A stretch of DNA of 64,000 bases, taken from positions 61,628,001 to 61,692,000 of the forward strand of contig OZ024740.1 in NCBI GenBank assembly GCA_964016885.1. Direction: 5' to 3'. This DNA comes from Eledone cirrhosa. Taxonomy: Eukaryota. Position 1 is the stretch's first letter, and every line of letters begins with the position of its first letter. Both the position numbers and the translations under genes were made by a program. Positions 52,936 to 64,000 of this stretch are shown here, one piece after another. Below the pieces are notes generated by a model. That model did not search any database and was not told where the DNA came from. It worked only from the letters and a program-made list of their open reading frames with translations.

Positions 52936-55051
52936 TTGATGTGGGATTAGTTGAGAGACCGTGTCTTGCACGTACAGAACTGTCTCTGGCAGGTTGTCTA
53001 TGGCTGGATGCCCTTCCTAACACCAACCACATTTACAGTGTGGACTGGGTGCTTTTTGTTGTGTCACCGACACAGTGGACGGAAATGGGAGGATGGGGTA
53101 GGGTGTATATTGGGTTAAGAGGTGCCTATTGACTAGGTTTGTATGCATGGGAAGGCGGGTTTTCTGTACAACTGCATATATATATATGACAAGTTTTCAG
53201 ACAATTTCTGTCTAATAAATTCAATTCATCAAAAGAAACCAGGAATATATTTTAATGACATACATCATGATGCTGTAAGATGTTCTTGGCAAACCATGGC
53301 TGTATTTAGTATCAATTCCCATAACTATTAACTCTTGTGTCACTGAAAATCTGAAGAATCATGTTTTTAGATTTATGAGATTTTATTTTGCTTTTACTGT
53401 TTTAAATACATCTTTTTTCTATAATTACATTGCTGGGATAGTTTATTACTTGGAGAAAATTGTTTTATACAACTAGATGTTACATTTACTTCTAACTATT
53501 CAACCATAAATTAAGAAAGGACATTATATTTTATTTATATATATAAAAAACAGTTTGAGATAGGTAAAGTTTGTCTTAATTCTATCAGTATCAGTCTATG
53601 GTGACATATTGGCAGAATTGTGAGAGCAGTATACGGAATATCATTTAACTATTAGCAATCTTTCATTGTGTAGTTACAGTCTTGGTCATGTTTGCTTTGT
53701 ACAAATAGAGACTATTTAGTGGAGAACATTTTTTATCTTTCCAGTAGACCAGGTAACCTCTCTCGTGTTACAATATAATGCTCCCAATACACTCTGTAAA
53801 CAAAGACAATGTAGGACAGAGAGGACTTATTAGCCATGTCAAGGACTTAATAATAACCTCTCTCATGCTGGCAACATGATGAAACATTTTCCATCATCAT
53901 CTGTTAACATCTGTTTTCTTAGCTAGGAAATGTTGGGTTGGTGATATTAGGAAGGACATTGAGTTGTAAGAACTATGTCAGAAATAGAAACAATGTATGA
54001 ATAGGTATGATCTACAAATAATAGCAACACCATAAACAACAAAAACAACAGTCCTCTTTAATAGTCATCGCATGAAAACATTTGATATTCCTCTGTTGGA
54101 GTGAGAAGTTTGTCCTGTATATGATGTACCTGAGGATTAAAGGAGAATCAATAAGGTTTAGTAAAAGAATAGTGAGAGATAACTAGATTAGAAAGAGAGC
54201 TGGTTAGAAGAGGTCATGTTGTGGACGTGTTTGAAAGGATTGAAGACCAGCAATTTCCTCTGTCATGAAGCCATGATTAACTTTTTCAGAGTGACAATGG
54301 CTTTTTATGGGCTTTCTCCAGGAGTGACCCTTGGAAATTTCCCATCTTTTGAGGAATTTGTTTTTGGTGGAATTTTTAAATGTTTCATTGTTTTCGTTAT
54401 CATTTTTTACATTCAAAAACCCACACTATAAGATCCTGCGCTGTCTTTAATTTTTTTCTTGATGTGAGTCCCATGTAGCTAATAAAGAAACAATTATTAT
54501 TTTTAATGTTATTGTTATTATTATTATAAGGGTGGTGAATTGACAGTATTCACCACTGTAGAGCGTCGGACAAAATACTTTGTGGCATATTGTTACTGTG
54601 CTTTATGTTCTGAGTTCAAATCCCGCCAAGGTTAGCTTTATTTTACCGACCCCATAAGGATGAAAGGCAAAGCTAACTATAGCAGGATTTGAACTCAGAA
54701 CATAAAGCACAAGTCGATTTAATAGATCCCCCCCCCCCCCCACCCACCCCACACACACACACAAATTGTCGGCTTCGTGCCTAAATAAGAAACCATTATT
54801 ATTAGTGTCTGGTGCTGTAGGGTGATAGTAGAGCACAAAACTAAATGTTTTGTAATATTTATGATGAGTGGCTAAAGCATTGAATAGGAAGTCTCACTAT
54901 ATTTGATCTAGTTTTTTTTTGCTCAGAGTTCAAATTCTGCCATGGTCAATTTTATCTTTCATCCTTTCAGGGTTCAATGACAATAGAACCAGCCAAGAAA
55001 GTAAATTGCTTTTTGAGGTTAGAGACTCCTCTCAGTTTCATGTAGCATTAA

Positions 55052-55177
55052 CCCTTTAGCATTTAAATCGGCTGTATCCGGCCAGAATTCTCTCATCTCT
55101 TTCTGTTCAAACTGTGAGGTAAAGCCTTTGCCACAAAAATACAATAGTAAATATAGAGTAATATAAATGCTAAAGGG
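55052..55177. mobile_element. piggyBac-type MITE family 1 (internally deleted)
   Basis: TTAA|CCCTTTAGCATTTA ... TAAATGCTAAAGGG|TTAA. Confidence 0.85.
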
Positions 55178-56737
55178 TTAAACAATACTGCAAAATTAAA
55201 CCCCCATTCTGTAGCACAATGTTTATATTTGTATTAACATTTATGACAAGTGCAGAACTATCAGGCAAATTACGTGGCAGTATATATTTACAGTCTTTTA
55301 GATTTTGAGTTGAAGTCTTGCTATTCTGAGTTTAAATCCTATTACTGTTTCTCTTTTCAGTGTCGATAAGCAAAATACCAATTCAGGAGTGGCAGATTAG
55401 CAAAATTGTTAAAAAGTTAGATGAGATGCTTTGCAGGTTTTGTTCTGACTCCGTGCATTCTGAGTTCAAATTCTACCTCCTGTCACTGGAAAAGCAGCAA
55501 TGCTTCTGCCAGAAGTTGCAACTAGTAGATGGAAAGACCAAAGGGATCAGTTTCTTTGGTTTGATCTGAAAATCGGTTCTTTTCTAAATTTGTAGCCTTG
55601 TGTTAATATTATATATTGATATTCAGAGCAAAGGATGGCAGAATAAGTAGAGTATCTCATGGAATGTCTTGCAGTATTTAGTTACATTCTTTTATGCTCT
55701 TTATGTTTTGATAATGGTGGTAGCGGTGGAGATGAGGTTAACGTAATGAAAGCAATGATGATGATTGTGATGATAGCAATGATGATGATGGTGGTGATGG
55801 TGATAATAGCAATGATGATGATGAGGATGATGGCGATGATAACAATGATGATTATTGTTTTTTTTCTTTTGAAAGTTTATGATTGACTGCACAGACAAGT
55901 TAAAGCTCCGAGGTTTTGCCCGCCATTTATACAACTGGGAAGGTGAATCTGTGACAGATTTAAACAGTGAGTAGTAAATAATAGCTATTTTCTCTCTTTC
56001 TCTAAGTCTACCTGACACTCCATTTCTCTCTTTCTCTCTCTCTATTCACACACACACATACACACACACACACACACATATATATATGCGAAGAAATACC
56101 TATGATGGCTAGTAGACAACTGATGACGGATAGTCCTGGCTTCTATTTTTAATTCTTCATTTTTATATATATCCTATTTGCAACAACACAGCTCGCCATT
56201 TTTCATTCATATATGCTTTCCCCATCGCTGTGACCTGTCGTTTTCTCTTCCCTTACTGCTATCCTCTTTCTCTCTCCCCCTTCTCTCTCTTCTCTCTCCT
56301 TCTCCCCCTTACTTTCACTCACCCCCTCTGCTAGTCGCCCTTTCTCGGCTAGCCTCTTTCTCACACATTCACTCACTCACTCTCTGCTACTCACCCTCTC
56401 TCTCACTTCCTCCATCGTGCCACACCATACGAGATTCTTTCCTCGCTCACATCCGCATGGCCAAGATGTATCTTTCGTCTTCTCATCAATATTCGCATGT
56501 TCTTATGTTCAAAATTGACTTGATTTTCTCATTTTTTCCTCTCTTTACGTTGCCTCACCATTCGTGTTTGTTTACCTGTTTCTCTTTCTCCACCCAAATC
56601 TTTTTATCCCAATAACTTATTTTAGTTATCGAATCGCCCCAACCTGAGGTATATGGTCTGTAATGTGAAGAAATACCTATGATGGCTAGTAGACCACTGA
56701 TGACGGATAGTCCTGGCTTCTATTTCTAATTCATTTT

Positions 56738-56770
<33 letters not shown>

Positions 56771-56789
56771 GTGTATACATATATGTAAA

Positions 56790-57965
56790 TAAAAAAGTGC
56801 AGAGCGATCAAAATTGATGGAAGTTACGGAGTAGGTAGACCCAGAAAAACCTGGGACGATTTGATAAATTCCGACTTTACACACTTGCACCTCTCTAAGA
56901 CAATGTCACTGGACGGAGATCTTTGGCGCTACGCAGTAATACAGAAGACCGACCTTGCCTATGTACAAAGCGAAACCTACAGTCAGTAGGCACCTCTTAA
57001 CCAAATATACACCCCCTTCCCACTATCCCTACTCTATCCTCCCACTCCCACTAACACCACCCTTTCTCTGTAAAGTTATGTTGGTACCGCAACATCCAGT
57101 CCAAACTAATGAGGTTGTGTAGGTGTCATGAAAACAAAACACACAGTTCACGCTGTAATGTGGTTGTGTAGGTAAAAAGCTCCCAGTCCACACTGTAAAT
57201 GTTGTTGGTGTTAGAAAGGGCATCCAGCCATAGAAAACCTGCCAGATAGTCCTATACAAGCAAGACACGGTCACCCGACCAATCTTGTCTCAAGTGGGAT
57301 AATTCCTGTCTAACCCATGCTAGTGTGGAAGATAGACATTAAACGATGATGATGATGATATATATATATATATATACACGTGATGCGCATGAAAGTCGAT
57401 AGCTGTATAACAAAGTGCAGGGCAATAAAGATAGACGGTAGCCACGGAATAGGCAGACCTAGAAAATCCTGGGATGAGCTGATAAACTCCGACCTCACAC
57501 ACTTACACCTCTCCAAGACAATGTCACTGGACCGAGACCTTTGGCGGTACTCAGTAATAGAGAAGACCCGCCTTACCTAAATACATAATAAAACCTACTA
57601 CAGCCAGTAGGCATCTCTAACAAAATACACCCCGTCCCACCACCCCCACCCCATCCACACCACCCCGTTCTATGTAAAGTTATGTTGGTGCCACACCATC
57701 CAGGCCGAAACAAATGAGATCGTGTAGGTGTCACGACAAAAAACACACAGTCCACGCTGTAATGTGGCCGTGTAGGCAACACGGTAAAAACCTCCCAGTC
57801 CCACACTGTAAATGTGGTTGGTGTTAGGAAGGGCATCCAACTGTAGAAAACCTGCCAGACAGTCCTATGCGAGCAAGACAATCACTCTTGCCTCAAGTGG
57901 GAATACCCCCGTCCAAACCCATGCAAGCGTGGAACACGGACGTTAAACGTTGATGATGATGATGA
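56790..57965 (+). mobile_element. Two head-to-tail RTE 3' fragments (56790-57358; 57377-57965)
   Basis: KCRAIKIDGS.G.GRPRK.W plus 3' UTR and (GAT)n; the second is nearly identical to the 3' end of the 26590-29060 copy. Confidence 0.92.
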
Positions 57966-58176
57966 TATATCACATCGATTTGCACCTAGAAAGTTCCGCT
58001 CCAAGGCATATGCCTGGACAAGGTATGTTTGTGGAAGACCAGCATGCCAGTCTCTCCTCTCCATGCCACTGGTATTGTCCAAAGGAAAGGCAATGGCTGA
58101 TATAGCTTGGCACCAGTGACGTTGCAACACATTTCTACAGCTGAATGAACTGGAGCAACATGAAATAAAGTGTTTT

Positions 58177-61100
58177 GTCCGTACGAGTGCTAGAAATAGC
58201 AGCTAAATAGGGGAGGGGGCTTATGATGGTTCGTAGGTGTGCTAAAAATAGCAGCTAAATACGGAGAACCCCATGGTTGTCCATAGGTGTGCGAGAAATT
58301 GCAGCTAAATAGAGGGAACATCATAGTGGTCAATAGATATGCTAGAAATAGCAGCTAAATGGGGGGGGGGGAATCACATGGTGGTCCATAAGAGTGCTAG
58401 ACATAGCAGCTAAATAGGGGTAACCTTATAATGGCCATATGTGTACTAGAAATAGCAGTTACATCAGCTAAATGGGGAACTTCATGGTGGGCCATAGGTA
58501 GGCTAGAAATAGCAGCTACATCAGCTAAATGGGGAACTTCATGGTGGGCCATAGGTAGGCTAGAAATAGCAGCTACATCAGCTAAATGGGGGGACCACAT
58601 AGTGGTCCATAGGTGTGCTAGAAATAGCAGCTAAATAGAAGGCGCCCTTATGGTGGTCCTTAGGTGTGCTAGAAATATCAGTTACATCAGTTAAATAGGT
58701 GGAACCTCCTAGTGGTTCATAGGTGTGCTACAAATAGCAGCTAAATAGGGGAACCATATGGTGGTTCATTTGTGTGCTAGAAAGAGTAGCTAAATTAGAG
58801 GAATCTCAAGGTGTACCATAGGTGTGCGAGAAATAGCAGTGACATCAGCTACACAGATGAACGTTATGGTGGTCCATAGGTCTGCTAGATATAGCAGCTA
58901 AATAGGGGGAACCATATGGTGGTCCTTAATTGTGCCAGAAACAGACACAAAATAGGAGGAACCTTTATGGTGGTTCACATGTGTGGTAGAAATATTAGCT
59001 AGATCAGCTAAACATGGGGAACCTCATAGTGGTCCATAGGGATGCTAGAAATAGCAGCTAAATAGGTGAACCTATAGTGGTCCAATGGTGTGCTAGAAAT
59101 AGCAGCTAAATAGGAAGAAATCTCATGATTGACTGACTATAGGTGTGCTAGAAGTAGCAGCTACATCAGCCAAAGAGGGGAAATCTCATGATGTCCATAA
59201 GTGTGCTAGAAATAGCTGCTAAATAGGTGGAACCTCATAGTGGTCCATAGGTGTGCTAAAAATAGCAGCTAAATAGGGAACCTTATGGTGGTCCTTATGT
59301 GTGCTACAAATAGCAGTTAAATAAAGGAAAACTTATAGTGGTTAAGAGGTGTACTAGAAATAGCAGCTATATAGGGGGAACCTCATGGTGGTTCATAGTT
59401 ATGCCAGAAATAACAGATAAATAGGGAAACTCATGGTGGTCCATAGGTGCTAGAAATAGCAGCTAAATAGGAAGAAACCTTATGGTGGTCCTTATCAGTT
59501 ATATCAGCTAAACAGATGGAACCTCATGGTGGTTTATAGGTGTGCTAGAAATAGCAGCTAAATAGGCGAAACTCATGGTGGTCCATTGGTGTGCTAGAAA
59601 GAGTAGCTAAATTTGGGGAACCTCATGGTGTACCATGGGTGTGCGAGAAATAACAGTTAGAATAGCTAAACAGGAAGAAACTTATGGTGGTCCATAGGTG
59701 TGAAAGAAATAGCAGCTGAATGGGGGGAAACTTATGGTTGTCAATAGGTGTGCTAGAAATAGCAGCTAAATACAGGGAACATCATAGTGGTCCATAAATG
59801 TGCTAGAAATAGCAGTTAATTAGGGGGAACCTCATTGTGGTCCATAGGTGTGCTAGAAATAGCAGCTAAATAGGGGGAACCTTATAATGGTTAATATGTG
59901 TACTAGAAATCAGCTAAATGGGGAACCTCATGGTGGGACATAGGTGGACTAGAAATAGCAGCTACATCAGCTAAACAAGAGGAGCCACATGGTGATCCAT
60001 AGGTGTGTTAGAAATAGCAGCTAAATAGGGGAACATTATGGTACTCCATATGTGTGCTAGAAATAGCAGCTACATCAGGTTAACCCTTTAGCATTTAAAC
60101 TGGCCATATCTGGCCAGAATTTTCTCACCTCTTCCTGTTCAAACCAGCTGTAACTGGCTGCTCACACTGATGTTAAGGTATTGTTCTCAAAATAAATAAT
60201 ATCAAAATCTCATAGATTCGATATTATGTGAGGTAAATCCTTTACTATGAAAATATGATAGTATGTACAGAGTAATATAAATGCTAAAGGGTTAACAGAG
60301 GGAAACTATAGGTGTTCTAGAAATAGCAGCTAAATAGGCATACCTCATTGTGGTCCATAGATGTGCTAGAAATACAGGAGAACCTTATAATGATACACAT
60401 GTGTACAAGAAATAGCAGCTACATCAGCTAAATCGAGAACCTCCTGGTTGAACATAGGTGGGATTGAAATATAAGCTACATCAGCTAAAAAGGAGGAGCC
60501 ACATGGTGATCCATAGGTGTGCTATAAAAATCAGCTAAATAGAAGGAATCCTTAGGTGTGCCAGAAATATCAGTTACATCAGCTAAACAGGTGGAACCTC
60601 ATGGTGGTTCATAGGTGGTCTACAAATAACAGCTAAATAGGGGAACCATATGGTGGTCTTTAATAGGGGGAAACTTTTAATGGTCCATACATGTACTAGA
60701 AATAGCAGCTACATCAGCTAAAGTGGGGAAATCTCAGGGTGGTCCATAGGTGTGCTAGAAATAGCAGCTACACCAGGTAGAGATAGCAGCAAAATAGGGG
60801 GAACCTCATGGAGGTGCATAAGTGTGCTAGAAATAGCAGCTAAAAAGGTGGAAACTCATAGTGGTCCTTATGTGTGCTAGAAATAGCAGTTAAATAGGGG
60901 TAACCACATAGTGGCCCAATGTGTGTTAGAAATAGCAGCTAAATAGTAGGAAACTCATGGTGCTACATAGGTATATTTGAAATAGCAGCTAAATAGGGGT
61001 AACCTCATGGTGGTCCATAGGTGTGCTAGGAATAACAGCTAAACAGGGGAATGACATGGTGGTGTGTAGCTGCGGTAGAAATAGCTGCTAAATAAAGGAA

Positions 61101-64000
61101 ACCTCATGGTGACCCATTGGTATGCTAGAAATAGCAGCTATACACGGAGACTCTTATATACACGGGAATGCTTATGGTGGTCAATAGGTGTGCCAGAAAC
61201 ATCAGCTACATCAGCGTAACCTCATGATGGCCAATAGGTCTCTTGAAATAACACTAAATAGGGGATTTCCTCATGGTGGTCCATAAGTCTACTAGAAATA
61301 GCAGCTAAATATTGACAATGGGTGTGCTAGAAGTAAGAGTAACCTCAGCTAAACCGGGGAAATCTCATGGTGGCCCATAGGTGTGCTAGAAATAGCAGCT
61401 ACACCAGCTAGAGTTAGCAGCAAAATAGGGAACCTCCCAGTGGTCCATACGTTTGCTAGAAATAACAGCTAAATAGGGGAACATCTTGGTGGTCCATAGG
61501 TGTATTAGAGATAGCAGCTAAATAAAGGAAACCTCATGGTTTTCAATAGGTGTTCTAGAAATAGCAGGTATGTAGGGTAACCTCATATGGTCCATAGATG
61601 TGTTAGAAATAGCAGCTGAATAGGGGGAACCTCAGTGTGCTCCATAGGTGTGCTAGAAATAGCAGCTAAATAGAGGGCACCTCATGGTGATCCATAGGTG
61701 TGTTAAAAATAGCAACTACATAGGTTAAACAGGGAAACCTCATGATGGTCCACAGGTGTGCTAGAAATAGCAGCTAAATAGGAGCAAAAACATGGTGGTG
61801 CTCCATAGTTATGCTTGAAATAGCAGCTAAATAGGGGTAACCTCATGCAGGTCCATAGGTGTGATACAAATAGCAGCTAAATAGGGAGAATCTCATGGTG
61901 GTCGATAGGTGTGCTAGAAATAGCAGCTAAACAGGGGAACTACATGGTGGTGCATACGTGCGGTAGAAATAGCTGCTAAGTAAAGGAAACCTCATGGTGA
62001 CCCATAAGTATGCTAGAAATAGCAGCTATATATGGAGACTCTTATATACACGGGAATGCTTATGGTGGTGCATAGGTGTGCCAGAAACATCAGCTAAATT
62101 GGGGGAGCCTCATGGTGGTCTTCATGTTTCCTAGAACTAGCATCTAAACAAGGGGAACCTGACGTGGTCCATTGGTGTGCCAAAAATAGGTGCTAATTAG
62201 AGGAACCCCATAGTGGTCCATACATGTGCTAGAAATAGCACCTTAATAGGGGAACCTCATGGGGGTCAACAGTTGTCGAATAAATAGCAGCTAAATAAAG
62301 GAAACGTCATGGTGTTCAATAGCTGTGCTAGAAATAGCAGCAAAATAGGGGTAACCTCATGGTGTTCCATAGGTGTGCCAGAAATAGGAAATAAATAGGG
62401 AACCTCATGGTGGTAATTAGGTGTGCTAGAAATAGCAGCTACACAAACTAAACAGGTGGAACCTCGTGGTGGTTCATTGGTGTTATAGAAATAGAAGCAA
62501 AATAGGGGGAACCTGTTGGTGGTCCATAGGTATACTAGAAATAGAAGCTAAATAGGGGTCACCTGATGATGACCAATAGGTTGTCTTGAAATAACACTAA
62601 ATAAGGGATTTCCTCATGGTGGTCCATAAGTCTACTAGAAATAGCAGCTAAATATTGACAATAGGTGTGCTAGAAGTAAGAGTAACATCAGTTAAACAGG
62701 GGAAATATTATGGCGGTCATTAGGTGTGCTAGAAATAGCAGCTACACCAGCTAAAGATAGCAGCAAAATAGGGCGAACCTCATGGTGGTCCATAAGTGTG
62801 CTAGAAATAGCAGCTAAATAGGTGGAAATAACTTCATAGTGGTCCATAGGTGTGCTAGAAAGAGAAGCTAATTAGGGAACCTCATGGTGGTCCATATGTG
62901 TGCTGGAAATAGCAGTTAAATAGAGGGAACCTCACAGTGGTCCATATGTTTGCTAGAAATAGCAGCTAAATAGGGGAACATCTTGGTGGTCCATAGGTGT
63001 ATTAGAGATAGCAGCTAAATAAAGGAAACCTCATGGTTTTCAATAGGTGTTCTAGAAATAGCAGGTATGTAGGGGTAACCTCATGTGGTCCATAGATGTG
63101 TTAGAAATAGCAGCTGAATAGGGAGTACATCATTGTTGTCCATAGGTGTGCTAGAAATAGCAGCTTAATATGAGAACCGTGATGGTGGTCCATATGTGTT
63201 CCACAAATGTCAGCTAAACAGGGGGAGCCCCATGGTGGTCCATTGATGTGCTATAAATAGCAGCGGCATCTGGTAAATAGGGGAAACCTCATGTTTGCTA
63301 GAAGTAGCAGCTACATCAGCTAAACAAGGGGACCCTCATGGTCCATAGTTGTTCTAGAATTAACAACTAAGAGGTGAAACCTTATGGTAGTTCATAGGTG
63401 TGCTAGTAATCGCAGCTACATCAGCTAAACGGGGAACCTCATGGTGGTCCATAGATGTGCTAGAAATAGCAGCTAAAAGGGGGAACTTAATGGAGGTCCA
63501 TAGGTGTGCTAGAAAGAGCAGCTACATCAACTTAACTAGAAAGCTTATTGTGGTCTATAGGTGTGCTATAATAGCAGCTAAATCGCTGGCAACCTATGGT
63601 GGTTTATAGGTTTGCTAGAAACAGTAACAAAATAGGGTGAATTTTATATTGGTCCATAAATAGCACCTACTTCAGTTAAATAGGAACTTCATCTTGATCC
63701 ATTAGTGTGGTAGAAATAGCAGCTAAGTAGGTGGAACATCTTGGGTGACCATAGGTGTGCTAGAAATAGCAGCTACATCACCTAAACAGGAGAGACCTTA
63801 ATGTGGTCCATAGATGTGCTAGAAATGCTTCTAAATAAGGTGAACATCTTGAGGGTTCATAGGTCTGCTAAATATTGCAGCTAAATAGGGAACCTTTTGG
63901 TGGTCCTTAGGTGTGCTAGAAATAGCTGCTAAATAGAACCTCATAGTGCTCCATAGGTGTGCTAGAAATAGCAGCCAAATAAGGAGAAACTCATGGTGCT
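58177..64000. repeat. Diverged ~49-50-bp tandem satellite running off the window end
   Basis: Consensus about GGTGGTCCATAGGTGTGCTAGAAATAGCAGCTAAATAGGGGGAACCTCAT, with a ~58-bp variant carrying an extra ACATCAGCT; roughly 110 units. Confidence 0.97.
60084..60291. mobile_element. piggyBac-type MITE family 1 inserted in the satellite
   Basis: TTAA at 60080-60083 and 60292-60295 flanking the CCCTTTAGCATTTA/TAAATGCTAAAGGG TIRs. Confidence 0.92.

Noticed and set aside
55350-55569. Good-looking acceptor TTCTCTTTTCAG as possible DCDC1 exon 8
   Set aside because: Phase-0 reading hits TAA within three codons and no frame gives DCX-like sequence.
55659-56018. Met-rich and His-rich ORFs
   Set aside because: Degenerate (ATG/CAT)n microsatellite.
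58397-58634. Repetitive ORFs on both strands within the satellite
   Set aside because: Short by-products of near-identical monomers with no coding signature.
58177-64000. CRISPR-like appearance of a recurring TGCTAGAAATAGCAGCTAAA motif
   Set aside because: The intervening sequences are diverged copies of each other rather than unique spacers; there are no cas genes and the context is eukaryotic.

Overview
AT-rich, microsatellite-dense eukaryotic DNA; the repeat landscape suggests an octopus/cephalopod genome (inference). One host gene is visible: seven phase-compatible + strand coding exons (3843-49870, about 303 codons, 3' end not found in the window) of a doublecortin-domain protein resembling DCDC1. 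The introns hold decayed RTE-clade LINEs with a C4HC3 PHD-like finger inside the RT region, tRNA-derived SINEs, a mariner pseudogene, TTAA-flanked piggyBac-type MITEs and a Penelope-like RT/GIY-YIG fragment. A ~50-bp satellite fills 58.2-64 kb. The most notable unannotated signal is a set of about ten type I hammerhead-ribozyme motifs, intact to degenerate, from several sequence families. They include a ~430-bp tandem/inverted retrozyme-like array (4838-6336), a strongly paired ribozyme at 30628-30724 and an inverted pair at 34360-35210; several lie on the sense strand of the host pre-mRNA. All calls are by-eye reading; no database searches or folding programs were run.
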